Of a stretch of 64,000 bases of DNA, positions 12,630 through 32,146 are shown piece after piece (the stretch's first letter is position 1; every line of letters begins with the position of its first letter). A model generated the notes under the pieces. That model was not told the origin of the DNA and made no database searches. It worked only from the letters and a program-made list of their open reading frames with translations. A program made the translations under genes and the position numbers. Origin of the DNA: the human T2T-CHM13v2.0 reference genome, Homo sapiens; NCBI RefSeq assembly GCF_009914755.1, contig NC_060928.1. One strand, written 5' to 3'.

Positions 12630-14510
12630 CTTTCAAATGAAGACATTTTAAGTGTGTAGTGTGAAAAATGTATATATCTTGTAACCATCACCCCATTAAG
12701 ATACAGAACATCTCCAACACCCCATAAACTTCTTTCATACTCTTCTCCAATCAATTTAGTCTCCCCACTCTCATGCCAAGCAACTATTTTCATATTTCAA
12801 TCAACATATATTAATTTAGCCTATTCTGGGTTTTTATATAAATTAAATCATACATGATGTATTCTTTCATGTCTGGTTTCTTTTATTCAACATAATGCTT
12901 TTGTGATTCATTCATGTTATTGCTTAAGTGGTATACCACATTGCATTAATATATGTCATTTTCTTTATCCATTCTCCTATTGTTGAACATTTGAGTTGTT
13001 TCCAATTATTGGATATCAGAAATAAAGCTGCAGTGAACATTCTTGTACACTTTTTGTAAACACATGTTTTCATATCTCTTAAGTAAATACCAAGACACAG
13101 CTCTAACTCAAAGGATATGTATATGTTATGAGAGACTGCTAAATAGTTTCTAATGTGGCTGTTCCATTTTATACCCTTATTAGGAGTGAATAAGAATTCC
13201 AGTTCCTCTCATTTCTGGCCCACAATTATTATAGAATTGTCTTTTCTTAAAATTGTTTTTATAAATTCCTCTTTTGTCACACATCCCTTAAATGTTAACC
13301 TTCATACAGGTTGACCTCAGTCCTCTTTTCTCCTCTCTCTCAAAAAATCGCTGCATCGATTTTTTTTAAATTGCTACATGAACATTTCCATTTTGACTTT
13401 AATAGGATTTATAAAAAGGTACTGGCTCCTAAATCTGTATCTCAGCATATTTATAGTCTCATCTATTAAATAGTTCTGGATTCCGTGTTTTATTTTAAAA
13501 TGTTCAAAGAGGCATCTCATGGTTTAAATTTGCATTATCCTGATGACTAATTGTGTTATATTTGTTTCTACACTTATCAGTCATTAGTATAACATGTTTT
13601 TTGAAGTGTACTACTGCTACGTATAACTTTTAAATAATTTTTAAAAGAAAAAATATATTTACTTACATATTTACCAATTTCAGTGTTCTTCCTTCCTATA
13701 CGTCTGAGATTTCATCCACTATAATTTCCCTTTTATATAAAGAAATGTCTCCAAAATTTATTTAGTTTGCATCTGATTGCTATAAATTCCCCCATTTTTA
13801 TCAAAAAATGCCTTTATTATGCCCACATTTTATAGATATTTTTTAATATAAAATTCTAAGTTGACTGACTTTTTTTCTTTCCACACTTGAAAATTGTTCT
13901 AACATTATCTTCTGGCCTCTAATGGTTTCAATAAAAAGTCACCTGCCATTCCTATTGACATTCCCCTGTATGCAGTGTATCTTTTTCTAGAGCTGTTTTT
14001 ATGACTTTCTCTGTCCCTTTCATGTCCAGCAGTTTGACTCGAGGAGAGTTAAGTGTGGCTGGCTAATTTTGTAGGAATCATATTAGGTGTGCACTTTGCT
14101 TTCTGAATCTGCATATTGGTTTTGATAAAAATAGGAAAAGTTTCATCAGTACTTCTTTGACTATTTTTCTGTTTCGTTTTTTTCTCTTCTCTCATTCTTA
14201 CAACTCCAATTCCATGTATATTGGATTAATTGACACTATTTCTTAGGTCATTGAGCCTTTGTTGATTTATATTTTCTGAGCACTTCAGTTTGAAAATTTC
14301 CATTTACCTTCAACTTCACAGATCCTTTCTTCTATTAGAGTCAATCTGCTTCTGCTACTAATATCATCTAATAAATACATCCAGTTTTTTTAAATTTTAA
14401 GTTTAGGATTTTTATTTAATTTTTAACAGTTTTCTTATAGTTCCAGAAATTTTCTAACTCATCACTCGATATACTCAGCATATTCCTATCAATCTTCTAG
14501 CATGTTTATT
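12630..14510 (-). mobile_element. Old L1M (L1MB/L1ME-type) remnants, host of the full-length L1PA
   Basis: Degenerate antisense L1M 3' UTR motifs (GTAACCATCACC..AAGATACAGAACAT, CATTTGAGTTGTTTCCA, TTTGCATTATCCTGATGACTAA). Confidence 0.6.
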
Positions 14511-14521
14511 CTAGTTGAAGT

Positions 14522-20671
<6,150 letters not shown>

Positions 20672-20929
20672 CTAGTTGAAGTTTTTATCTGCTGATTTCA
20701 ATATGTAGGTTGTCTGTGAATCTATAGTGACTGATTTTGCTCTCAAGTATAGGTCACATTCACTTGCTTCTGTCATATGTGTACGGTTTTTGTTTTGTTT
20801 TAGTTTTGCTTTGCACTGTATGCTTGACTTTGTAAATGATAAGATAGAAAGCCTGCATTCTGTCATCTTCATCTGAAGAGTGTTGCATTGCTCATATTGA
20901 TCTTGTAAAGGTTTGTTTTTTGTTTTGTT

Positions 20930-21199
20930 TTGTATTATCTTTTAAAAAAAATTCGTATAATTTTAAGTGGCATAAGACCAGTTTTGCTACATCGATATAT
21001 TTGTAGTGATAAGTCTGGATGTTTAGTGTAACTATCACCCAAATAAGGTACAGTATGCCCCTTCAATCAGTTCTCACCCTTCGCCCCCTCCCACAATCTC
21101 ACTTTTCTGAGTATTATTCCGTATTCTATGTCCACGTGTACACACTATTTAGCTTCCACTAATAAGTGAGGACATGTGGTATTTCATTTTCTGTTTCTG
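20930..21199 (-). mobile_element. L1MA-type 3' UTR fragment, continued at 24492-24615 after interruption
   Basis: Antisense L1MA 3' end motifs (TTAGCTTCCACTAATAAGTGAGGACATGTGGTATTT...TTTCTG|AGTTGCTTCACTTAAG). Confidence 0.75.
21114..21199 (+). repeat. 86-bp direct repeat, copy 1 (copy 2 at 24492-24577)
   Basis: TTATTCC(G/A)TA(T/C)TCTATGTCCA...GTTTCTG; 7 mismatches in 86 bp; exactly brackets the left inverted-repeat arm. Confidence 0.95.
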
Positions 21200-21657
21200 T
21201 ATCCAACTGAATAACCCATTTAGAAGTTTGATGGTACATCAAACCCAACCTATTCAAAACCTAACTTACTATTTCTCCCTCTTAATATGCTCCTCACTTT
21301 TATTTAATCCCTCAGCTGATGATTATCAATCACTCAGTTATCCAAGCAATCGATTTAAGACTCATCCTATTTTTTTCTTATGCCTTCTCTTCCACATCAA
21401 ATGGTCATTTACTTTTTCCTTCTTGTAATGCCCTGGAATAAATCTCTTCCACTTCTTTGTCTTTTCCTTAGTTTAGTTTCTCATTCTCTCCTAAAGTGTT
21501 ACAGTAGCCTCCTTTTTAGAGTCCCTGTCCCCAGTATTTTTCCACTGCAAGCTATCTTCCTCAGTCACCCTATATTGGTCTTTAAAGTGGCTTTCAAAGA
21601 TTTAAAAACAAAAGCCACAGTAAAAAAAAAATGCATTATATACCATAAATCAGTCTG

Positions 21658-21693
<36 letters not shown>

Positions 21694-24492
21694 AAACTGA
21701 GACAAGGGTTTAATAAAATAAGTTTTACCTTGTTTACATGAGGAACATACTGAAATTTGCAATTTTACTTCAGATATGTTCTATTTTAATCTAGTTTTTT
21801 ACATGTCTTTCATTCTATTCTAATTTATATCTCTTAAATTCTATTAGTGACCCACAAAATTCATTTCTCAATGGAAAGAGAAGGATTTAAATAGTGGCAG
21901 AATACTAACAATCTAGAAAATGAAATGAAATGCTCAGTGTATTATTCTTACTCATTTGAAAGTTTAAAATATTTCAAAATGAAATATTGGGGAAAATTAT
22001 TTTACTGAAACATTTTCTTCCTCATTGGCTTATAAGCACCATTAGGGCAAAGATGATGATTTTAAATTCTTAGGTGTTGGATACCTAGCATAATTATTGC
22101 CCTACAAAAGGTAATCAACAAACATTTGTTTTTCAAAGAATATGCATTCACTAGTTCCTAATATACTTGGAAAAACAAGAAAGAATTGTGTTTTGAAAGG
22201 AATAAGAAGATCAGAGGACTCTAATCAAGAAAAAGAAAGGCAAATTTGTATGAACAATTGAAAGTTTTTATAATGGAGTTCACCGAACAACTGCTCAATA
22301 CTTTCCATTGCTATTGTTTCTAATTTTGCACCAATGGATAAAAATATGACAATATGAAAATATTTATCCCAGAATTTCGTATGAAAAGCATTCTTTTTCA
22401 GTTACATAAAAAAATAGTTACAATTTTCAGAAATTAAGCCTGATCCTTATCCATGTGCAAACATGTAGGCAAATCATGAGACTTAGTTTTCATACCTTTG
22501 GTGTATAACTAAAGACATTTAAAATATTTAGTTTAATATGTTGACTCCATAATATTAAATGTTGTGTTGTGAACATTGCAGATAGTAAATAATTGTCAGC
22601 TGTGTTGAAGGAATATTCCTCTCTTAGCCATGTGTTTATCTTCAAAGAAAATAAAAATTGGTAGTTTTTCAAGACAATCTGCCTTTACAGATTATTTTAA
22701 AAGTGAATTTGAGTAATTTAGGAAGAGAATAAACAGTTTTCATTGAACAGTCTCTAGTTATTAGTTACACTTGAAATGCCTTTTGTGGTTCATTTTCAAG
22801 GTGAAGCTGTCAACTCTGGATTTGTGGAAGGTTTGTATTATTTTTCTTCAGAAAAGTACTCTGATAGAAAAACCCAACAAAAATAAGCTATACATTTCTT
22901 ATGCTGGTACGTATTTCCTGTATAGAACTGGATTCTAGTGAGCACTTTTTGCTTTCTTGATCTTTGGCTCCCATTTGTGTTGGCTCATAGGTAGTTCTGA
23001 TGAAGCCAGGAGGTTGTTGCCTAAATCTGAGACTATCCTGTTACTAAAGTTCTAGCCACCACGAGGCAGTAGGAATAATGAAGTCAAGGATGGATAGCTC
23101 CAAGCTAAATGAGTTAGGAAGAACTGTAGATTTCACTGATGAGACTGTGTTTAGATATTTAAATCTTCCTCTTTATTAGTTGTAAGTGGACAAATCAGGC
23201 TTTCTGAGTTTCAATTTTCATCTGTAAAGGGAATTGTCTCTGGAATTGAGAATAAAATGAAATGAAATGTATAAAAGCACTAATCATGTGTCTAACATCA
23301 TTAATGGTGGTTTCAGCAGCATCAGAGGCATTGGTTCAGGATATCCTTTAAGTGTAGCTTTGAGTAGATCAGACTTCTTGCTGCCACCCATTTTCAGGGG
23401 TCCTCAGATACTTAGGTTCCCTGGCTAATCTAAAGGTATATGAAAGCCACTTAAGTAGTAATTGGAATAAGATAGGGGATTAATATGTTAATTAAATCTG
23501 AATATAAGTAGGCAAATTCTGAAACCAAGCAGTGACAGGTAGGGGTAATTATTCTTTCTAGTTGGCCATATGGTTATGTGACCTCCACACAACCTCCAAG
23601 TATTGTCTAACAAGCTGTAATCTTGGCTTAATTTATGCAGTAGAAGCTGGGGTTGCTTTCTTGTGTGAATCTTAATTCAATTGGCAAGAATGCAAAATAT
23701 AGAAAAGACTAACAATGTAAAAGTTACAGCTACAAAAATCCCCTCTGCAAATTCTTCAGCACATGATTGTCCTTAAAAGCAAGGGCAATTGAAGGAACAG
23801 CAACCAGGATGTTTTACTGGAAAGAAAAGTTGTGAGTGGTTTCATAGGAAAGAGGTCGGACATGCCATATGAAAAAAGTCATAGGTCTATTTGGGGTATT
23901 CAGACAGAAGAAGTAAAAACTAATTTATCAAGGTATTAAATTATAAGAAAAAACTTTTTAAAGAACAAAAACACCATCTATGCAGATATTCAAGGAGTGG
24001 ATAGATGACCAGAGGCTGAATTATAGCAGAGGGGATTTTTGTGTAGTCATTGGAATTTATTAAATGAACTCTCTGTGATTTGCCTTTCAACCATAATATT
24101 CTCAGACTGGGTGTTACAGGGATGAGAATTATCTACTGGAAGAGGTTAAGCAACTTACTAAATACAAAGGCGCCATTATCATTAAAGGATTAGACATTAG
24201 TATTAGGGAAATGCCCACTATGGGAAGCCTTAGCAGTGGACTAACTCACTATTACATCAATAAGAGAGCAGAAATATTTTATTTCACGTCTTTTGGCTTA
24301 GAGTTTGCAAAAATTAAAAATATACATACCTTTTAGGCAATCCTCCTTCTCTGCTGTGAACTGGAAACTGTGATAAATGATCTGACCTTTACCAGGCTCA
24401 CATATATGTCAACACTAAGGAGCAATTTTTAATTTTAAAAAGTCTTTGAGAGACTTTCTAAGAGAATAAACACAAAACAATCCATGAATTCT
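21198..24492 (+). repeat. Inverted segmental duplication, left arm (~3.3 kb)
   Basis: Reverse complement of 28467-31711; for example 24181-24231 vs 28730-28780 are identical, and ends are TGTATCCAACTGAATAA and TCCATGAATTCT. Confidence 0.98.
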
Positions 24493-24577
24493 TATTCCAT
24501 ACTCTATGTCCATGTGTACACATTACTTAGCTTCTACTAATAAGTGAGGACATGTGGTATGTCATTTTCTGTTTCTG
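24492..24577 (+). repeat. 86-bp direct repeat, copy 2
   Basis: Matches 21114-21199 and then continues as L1MA sequence. Confidence 0.95.
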
Positions 24578-24709
24578 AGTTGCTTCACTTAAGAAAATGC
24601 CCTGCAGTTTATTTTACTTATTCATATTCTTATTTAACTTTTACCCTTAGTGCTAAGGCAAAACTCAATTCTATCAACATGGTGTTTGCAGTTACAAGGT
24701 TGCTTTTCT

Positions 24710-24741
<32 letters not shown>

Positions 24742-26149
24742 CAGTGATGTTAATCAGGTTCAATAAAAAGCCAGGGATCCTTATCAGTTTCCTCCAAGTA
24801 GGTAGGACTCTAACTGCTTGCTCATCTCCACTGCAAAAGAAACTGCTGAAATGACTGCTCAGTTTTTTAGTTTTCCAGCTATTGGTTTGCCCTGGGATCC
24901 TCCTTAATATCTTGTCCTGCATGTGCATATTTTATGGTCACCCAAGGATTTGGGAGAAATACACACACAGATTTCAAGGCTCCTGATTCAGAAGTTCTCA
25001 TCTTTATGGGACTTTTCCCCTCAGCCATTCCCGAACTCTCTCTTTTGATGCCTCAGGCTAAAAAGACTGTGACTTCCTTTTCGAAGTTTCTGCCCTCACA
25101 CTCTGAAGCTGGGAAATGCCTATAAAGGAAAACACAAATAAACGTTTATCTGACATTTCTCTCAAAAATCAATTTCCTTGAGTTTCTGCCTATATTCCCT
25201 CATGTTCAATGCCTTCAAATTGTTGTTTATCATATTTTGTCCAGAGTTTATCATTATTAGGAACAGAAAGTTTTAGGTCAACATAAGCTTTGTCATTACC
25301 AAAAGATGCAAGTCTACATTCTGAAGGTTTTCTCTCATAAGTATCTCTTCAATCGCTTTCTCTTTATCTTCATTGTCACTACTCTCCTAAAGGTCATCCT
25401 CATTGCTTAGGAGGATCGAGATATACAATGCTTTCATATTCTTTCTTCTAACAAAGAATGATCCGTTCAGAAATGGAAGCCTAATCATGTTCCTCCCTTC
25501 ATTAAAACTATTCAATACCTTCCAATTGGTCTCTGTTTAAATTTCAAACTCTTTTATTTGGCTTAAAAGGTCCATAATCACTTGGTCCTGGTGATAAATG
25601 GTCTGCCATTTACCTTCGTTGATTATTACACTCTAGCCAAAGTAAACTCCTTTATACTCCATGAAATATGCCTTGTACCTGTGATCTCCAAAATTTCATA
25701 CTCTGTTCCCTCTGTCTGGAACATTGCTCTTGATCCTCTTAATTTGGCTGATGCCTTATTGACTTTTACATCTTTACTTTTGTGTATTTCTATAGTGCTG
25801 AACTTCCTGAGTCATTTCACATATAAATTCTATTGTTATTTTTGTTTAATTTGTCTAAGAAGCTTTATAGCCTCTTATGGCTCTAGGAAGGTATGGACGA
25901 TGTCTTCCCTGAATACTGTATTACACTCCTATGCCTACTGCCTGGCATATAATTAAAACACGATAAATGATTAATGAATTAACAAATATAAACTACTTTG
26001 GAAACAACCTGATTTTATCCATAATTTCAAAACTTAAATGGCAAGGGTCAACAGCTGGGCAGTCACGTACTAATTTTCCCTAAGTCATAAGACATGAAAA
26101 CTCTACCAAAACACTTTATATATCATATCAAATTTTATTAAGAATTATG

Positions 26150-26423
<274 letters not shown>

Positions 26424-27225
26424 TCACTTGTCTCTATCAAAAAGTACCACCTTTTAAAATATACGGTTATTATTTAAAGCATATAAAACTAAAAGACCAC
26501 GTTGTAAACTAGTCTTTTGTTTAAACATATTTGAATGAAACCTCTCTTTTATTATAAAAATTGTTTTTAAAATAACAGCTAATGAAATTATTTAAAATTT
26601 TTGCCATCCCACTGTGATTCACTAAGTGGACTTTTCCCTAATTCATTTCATGTTCTGTGTGTTGTTGTTAGGAACTGACTCATTCTGAATTCCATTTACA
26701 CAGTTTATAGATTTGTAATCTTAAATACCTAACTTTCTAAGCAAATTTTCTTCACCTATAAAATGGGGTAATTTTATAGTTTATCCTATGTACGTCTACG
26801 GTGAATGTATGTGCATATACACATACACTTGTTTGTGTGTGGGGGGGTGTGTGTATATAAAAAAGTGCTTGGCGGTTTCATAAGCATTTTGACAATGTTA
26901 CCTTAAATAATACATAGCTAAGAGGTCATTATTTAATTATATGCATCCCTTAGGATTTAGTATAATTAGAATCTTTGTTAAATGCAAAAAAACTTCTTAT
27001 ACTTTGATAATTCAAAGATAAACATAACGGGACAAAAACGTAAAAGTTTGGACAATTAACGTGGTGAAGATCAGATATATATCCAAATGAGACTAGCAGC
27101 TCAAGTTTGTACTTTTGATATCAACACACTGCCATATAGAAAGCATCATTTTTGTTTAAATTGTTAGAGCTATGTGGCAAATAGGAAAACATGTTACTGT
27201 TATTTCAATGTGGAAAAAACTAAAT

Positions 27226-27528
27226 GGCCGGGCACGGTGGCTCACACCTGTAATCCCAGCACTTTGGGAGGCCAAGGCAGGTGGATCACAACATCAAGAG
27301 TTCAAGACCAGCCTGGCCAAGATGGTGAAACCCCATCTCTACTAAAAATACAAAAATTAGCTGGTCATGGTCGTGGGCACCTGTAATACCAGCTGCTCGG
27401 GAAGCTGAGACACAGAATTGCTTAATACCAGTAGGCAGAGGTTGCAGTGAGCCGAGATCGTGCCACTGCACTCCAGCCTGGGCGAAGAGCGAGGAGACTC
27501 CTTCTAAAAAAAAAAAAAAAAAAAAAAA
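27226..27528 (+). mobile_element. Full-length AluS
   Basis: GGCCGGGCACGGTGGCTCAC start, dimer, poly-A, target duplication AAAAAACTAAATG. Confidence 0.95.
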
Positions 27529-28466
27529 ACTAAATGATTGCAAAAGGTTAAGAGATTTGTGCTAGTTAAATCAACTAGTGAGTAGATGGGAATGATTCAG
27601 ACCCATATGCATGACTCCACAGGCCTCTTTCTTAAACCCTGCAAAAGGAGCTTGCAACTGGGAAAAATGTCTACTCAGCGGAGTCACAGGAAGACTGTCG
27701 ACAGAGCTCCGTATAATACAGACATGGCACCAGTACAATAAACCATGTTTTATATCAAAATACTTATGTTCTAGTCAAACATTATAGAAAATATGTATGA
27801 TAGTGTATAAAGGGGGTCTTCAATTTTTGGTGGATTTATATTTAAAGCAATATTAGTTTCAAATGGAGAAATTATATATTTTGCAAAGAGAAAGGGAAGT
27901 TTAGGAAAAGGTTACATAGGCTATTTGTAATATATGCAAAATATAGCCCTTTCTATCACTTAAGCCATATGAGGTATATAAAATTATTAATAAAACTTGA
28001 TACACATTCAAATTATACTGGTAAAATCCAATCTTATGAGTGTGGGGTCAGTTAATAAGCAAGGCTTCTCAACTGTTGCCCTTCAGGCTTCAAGCTATGG
28101 TATAAATGATAAAAAAGCACCAAGAAATGTCCAAGGCAGGTACTGAGGAGCTTAAATCCTTCACTCAATATTTATGAAGCACATAGTTGGTGCCGATGTA
28201 AGCCGAGCCCATTTCAGTGAGCAGTACGGTGGACACGGGGCTGTCTGGCTGTGGCTCTGGCAGTTGTTAGTATGAAATCTGGGCATGAGAACTCTGCAAC
28301 TACTTCCCTTTTTATAGCTACGGCCAAGTATGCCCTGGAGATTTGGGAATTGACACCTCTTCAGATTCTACAACATTGACACACAGGGTTCTAATTATTT
28401 TGCAGGAATTCACAGACACTAAGTTGACTTTTAGTTGAACACATAATGTTAGGAGAGGCTTTAATG

Positions 28467-31400
28467 AGAATTCATGGATTAATTTGTATTTATTCTCTTA
28501 CAAAGTCTGTCATAAACTTCTTAAAATTAAAAATTGCTCCTTAGTATTGAGATATATGCAAACCTGATAAAGTTCAGATCATTTATCAGGATTTCCAATT
28601 CACAGCAGAGAAGGAGGATTGCCTAAAAGGTATGCATATTTTTAATTTTTGCAAACTGTATAGGCCAAAAGACGTGAAATAAAATATTTCTGCTCTCTTA
28701 TTGATGTAATGGTGAGGAAGTCCACTGCGAAGGCTTCCCATAGTGGGCATTTCCCTAATACTAATGTCTAATCCTTTAATGATAATGGCGCCTTTGTATT
28801 TAGTAAGTTGCTTAACCTCTTCCAGTAGATAATTCTCATCCCTGTAACACCCAGTCTGAGAATATTATGGTTGAAAGGCAAATCACAGAGAGTTCATTTA
28901 ATAAATTCCAATGACTACACAAAAATCCCCTCTGCTATAATTCAGCCTCTGGTCATCTATCCACTCCTTGAATATCTGCATAGATGGTGTTTTTGTTCTT
29001 TAAAAAGTTTTTTCTTATAATTTAATACCTTGATAAATTAGTTTTTACTTCTTCTGTCTGAATACCCCAAATAGACCTATGACTTTTTCATATGGCATGT
29101 CCGACCTCTTTCCTATGAAGCCACTCACAACTTTTCTTTCCAGTAAAACATCCTGGTTGCTGTTCCTTCAATTGCCCTTGCTTTTAAGGACAACATGTGC
29201 TGAAGAATTTGCAGAGGGGATTTTTGTAGCTGTAACTTTTACATTGTTAGTCTTTTCTATATTTTGCATTCTTGCCAATTGAATTAAGATTCACACAAGA
29301 AAGCAACCCCAGCTTCTACTGCATAAATTAAGCCAAGATTACAGCTTGTTAGACAATACTTGGAGGTTGTGTGGAGGTCACATAACCATATGGCCAACTA
29401 GAAAGAATAATTACTCCTACCTGATACTGCTTGGTTTCAGAATTCTCCTACTTATATTCAGATTTAATTAACATATTAATCCCCTATCTTATTCCAATTA
29501 CTACTTAAGTGGCTTTCATATACCTTTAGATTAGCCAGGGAACCTAAGTATCTAAGGACCCCTGAAAATGGGTGGCAGCAAGAAGTCTGATCCACTCAAA
29601 GCTACACTTAAAGGATATCCTGAACCAATGCCTCTGATGCTGCTGAAACCACCATTAATGATGTTAGACACATGATTAGTGCTTTTATACATTTCATTTC
29701 ATTTTATTCTCAATTCCAGAGACAATTCCCTTTACAGATGAAAATTGAAACTCAGAAAGCCTGATTTGTCCACTTACAACTAATAAAGAGGAAGATTTAA
29801 ATATCTAAACACAGTCTCATCAGTGAAATCTACAGTTCTTCCTAACTCATTTAGCTTGGAGCTATCCATCCTTGACTTCATTATTCCTACTGCCTCGTGG
29901 TGGCTAGAACTTTAGTAACAGGATAGTCTCGGATTTAGGCAACAACCTCCTGGCTTCATCAGAACTACCTATGAGCCAACACAAATGGGAGCCAAAGATC
30001 AAGAAAGCAAAAAGTGCTCACTAGAATCCAGTTCTATACAGGAAAGACGTACCAACATAAGAAATGTATAGCTTCTTTTTGTTAGATTTTCCTATCAAAG
30101 TACTTTTCTGAAGAAAATAATACAAACCTTCCACAAATCCAGAGTTGACAGCTTCACCTTGAAAATGAACCGCAAAGGTCATTTCAAGTGTTACTAATAA
30201 CTAGAGAATGTTCAATGAAAACTGTTTATTCTCTTCCTAAATTACTCAAATTCACTTTTAAAATAATCTGTAAGGGGAGATTGTCCTAAAAAACTAGAAA
30301 TTTTTATTTTCTTAAGAAGATAAACACATGGCTAAGAGAGGAATATTCCTTCAATTCAGCTAACAGTTATTTACTATCTGCAATGTGCATGACACAACAT
30401 TTAATATTATTGATTCAACATATTAAACTAAATATTTAAAATACCTTTAGTTATACACCAAGGCATGAAAACTGAGTCTCATGATTTGCCTACATGTTTG
30501 CAAATGGATAAGGATCAGGCTTAATTTCTGAAAACTGTAACTATTTTTTTATGTAACTGAAAAAGAATGTCTTTCATACAAAATTCTGGGATAAATATTT
30601 TCATACTAAGTCATATTTGTATCCATTGGTGCAAAATTATATTATGAACAATAGCAACAGAAAGTATTGGCAGTTGTGCAGTGAACGCCATTATAACAAC
30701 TTTCAATTTTTCATACAAATTAGCCTTTCTTTTTCTAGATTGGAGTTCTCTGATCTTCTTACTCCTCTCAAAACACAATTCCTTCTTGTTTTTCCAAGTA
30801 TATTAGGAACTATTCAAATGCATATTCTTTGAACAACAAATATTTATTAATTACCTATTATAGGGCAATCATTATGCTAGGTATCTAACACCTAAGAATT
30901 TAAAATGCACCATCCTTGCCCTAATGGATCTTAGAAGCCAATGAGGAAGAAAACGTTTCAGTAAAATAATTTTCCCCAATATTTTATTTAAAAAAATGTA
31001 AACCTTCAAATGAGTAAGAATAATACACTGAGCAGTTCGTTTCATTTTCTAGATTGTTAGTATTCTGCCACTATTTAAATCCTTCTGTTTCCATTGAGAA
31101 ATGAATTTTGTGGGTCACTAGAATTTAAGAGATATAAATTAGAAGAGAATGAAAGACATGTAAAAAACTAGTTTAGAACATAAATTTAAAAAAATGAAAA
31201 TTTCAGTATGTTCCTCATGTAAACAATGTAAAAAATATTTTATTAAATCCTTGTCTCAGTTGTGCGTGTGTGTGTGTAGACTGAGTTATGATATATAATG
31301 CATTTTTTACTGTGGCTTTTATTTTAAAATTTTTGAAAGCCACATTAAGGATCATTATAGCATTACTGTGGAAGATAGCTTGAAGACAAAAATACTGGGG

Positions 31401-31711
31401 ACAGGGACTCTATATAAGAGGCTACTGTAACACTCTAGTAAAGAATGAGAAACTAAACTAAGGAAAAGACAAAAAAGATGGAAGATATTTATTCCAGAGC
31501 ATTATAAGAAGGAAAAAGTTAATGACCATTTGATGTGGAAGAGAAAGCACAAGAAAAAAATAGGATGAGTCCTAGATTGATTGCTTGGATAACTGAGTGA
31601 TTGATGGTCATCAGCTGAAAGATTAAATAAAAGTGAGGAGCATATTAAGAGGGAAAAAGAGTAAGCTAGGTTTTGAATAGGTTGGGTTTGATGCTTATTC
31701 AGTTGGATACA
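28467..31711 (-). repeat. Inverted segmental duplication, right arm (likely the ancestral copy)
   Basis: Reverse complement of 21198-24492; its L2-like sequence appears to continue beyond 31711. Confidence 0.98.
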
Positions 31712-32104
31712 AGATTCTGGGTAATTAGAGAAGAGTTTTAGCTGAAGGCATAGCTTAAGGAGTCAGAAGTAGATTACTTTATAAGAGAAAGTGAAGACTA
31801 AGAAGATAAATTGTCAAGTATAATAAATCAGAGAAAAAGAATCAGAAAATAAGACTTATGGTTTCTATTAAAAGAAAAAGAACATGAAAAAATGGCTTAC
31901 AGAAGCCAAGGAAGAGAAAAATAGATTTCCAGATGGGCATAGTCACAGTTAAATGTCAAAAGAATTGAAGTAACACAAGGACAGAAAATCATTTATGGTT
32001 TTCACAATTCAGTGGCAATTGCCAACCTCCATTAGAGCTATTTCAGATAAAAGAAATTGAAGTAGAATAAATTGAACGACAGGTTTTAGGTAAGGAAATG
32101 GATA

Positions 32105-32108
<4 letters not shown>

Positions 32109-32144
<36 letters not shown>
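32109..32144. repeat. (AC)18 microsatellite
   Basis: Perfect dinucleotide run ~1.3 kb upstream of the FDCSP TATA box. Confidence 0.97.

Positions 32145-32146
<2 letters not shown>

Noticed and set aside
29079-29282. 67-aa hydrophobic ORF inside the homogenised core of the right arm
   Set aside because: No SCPP-like exon structure or recognisable homology, and the left-arm copy has a 1-bp indel
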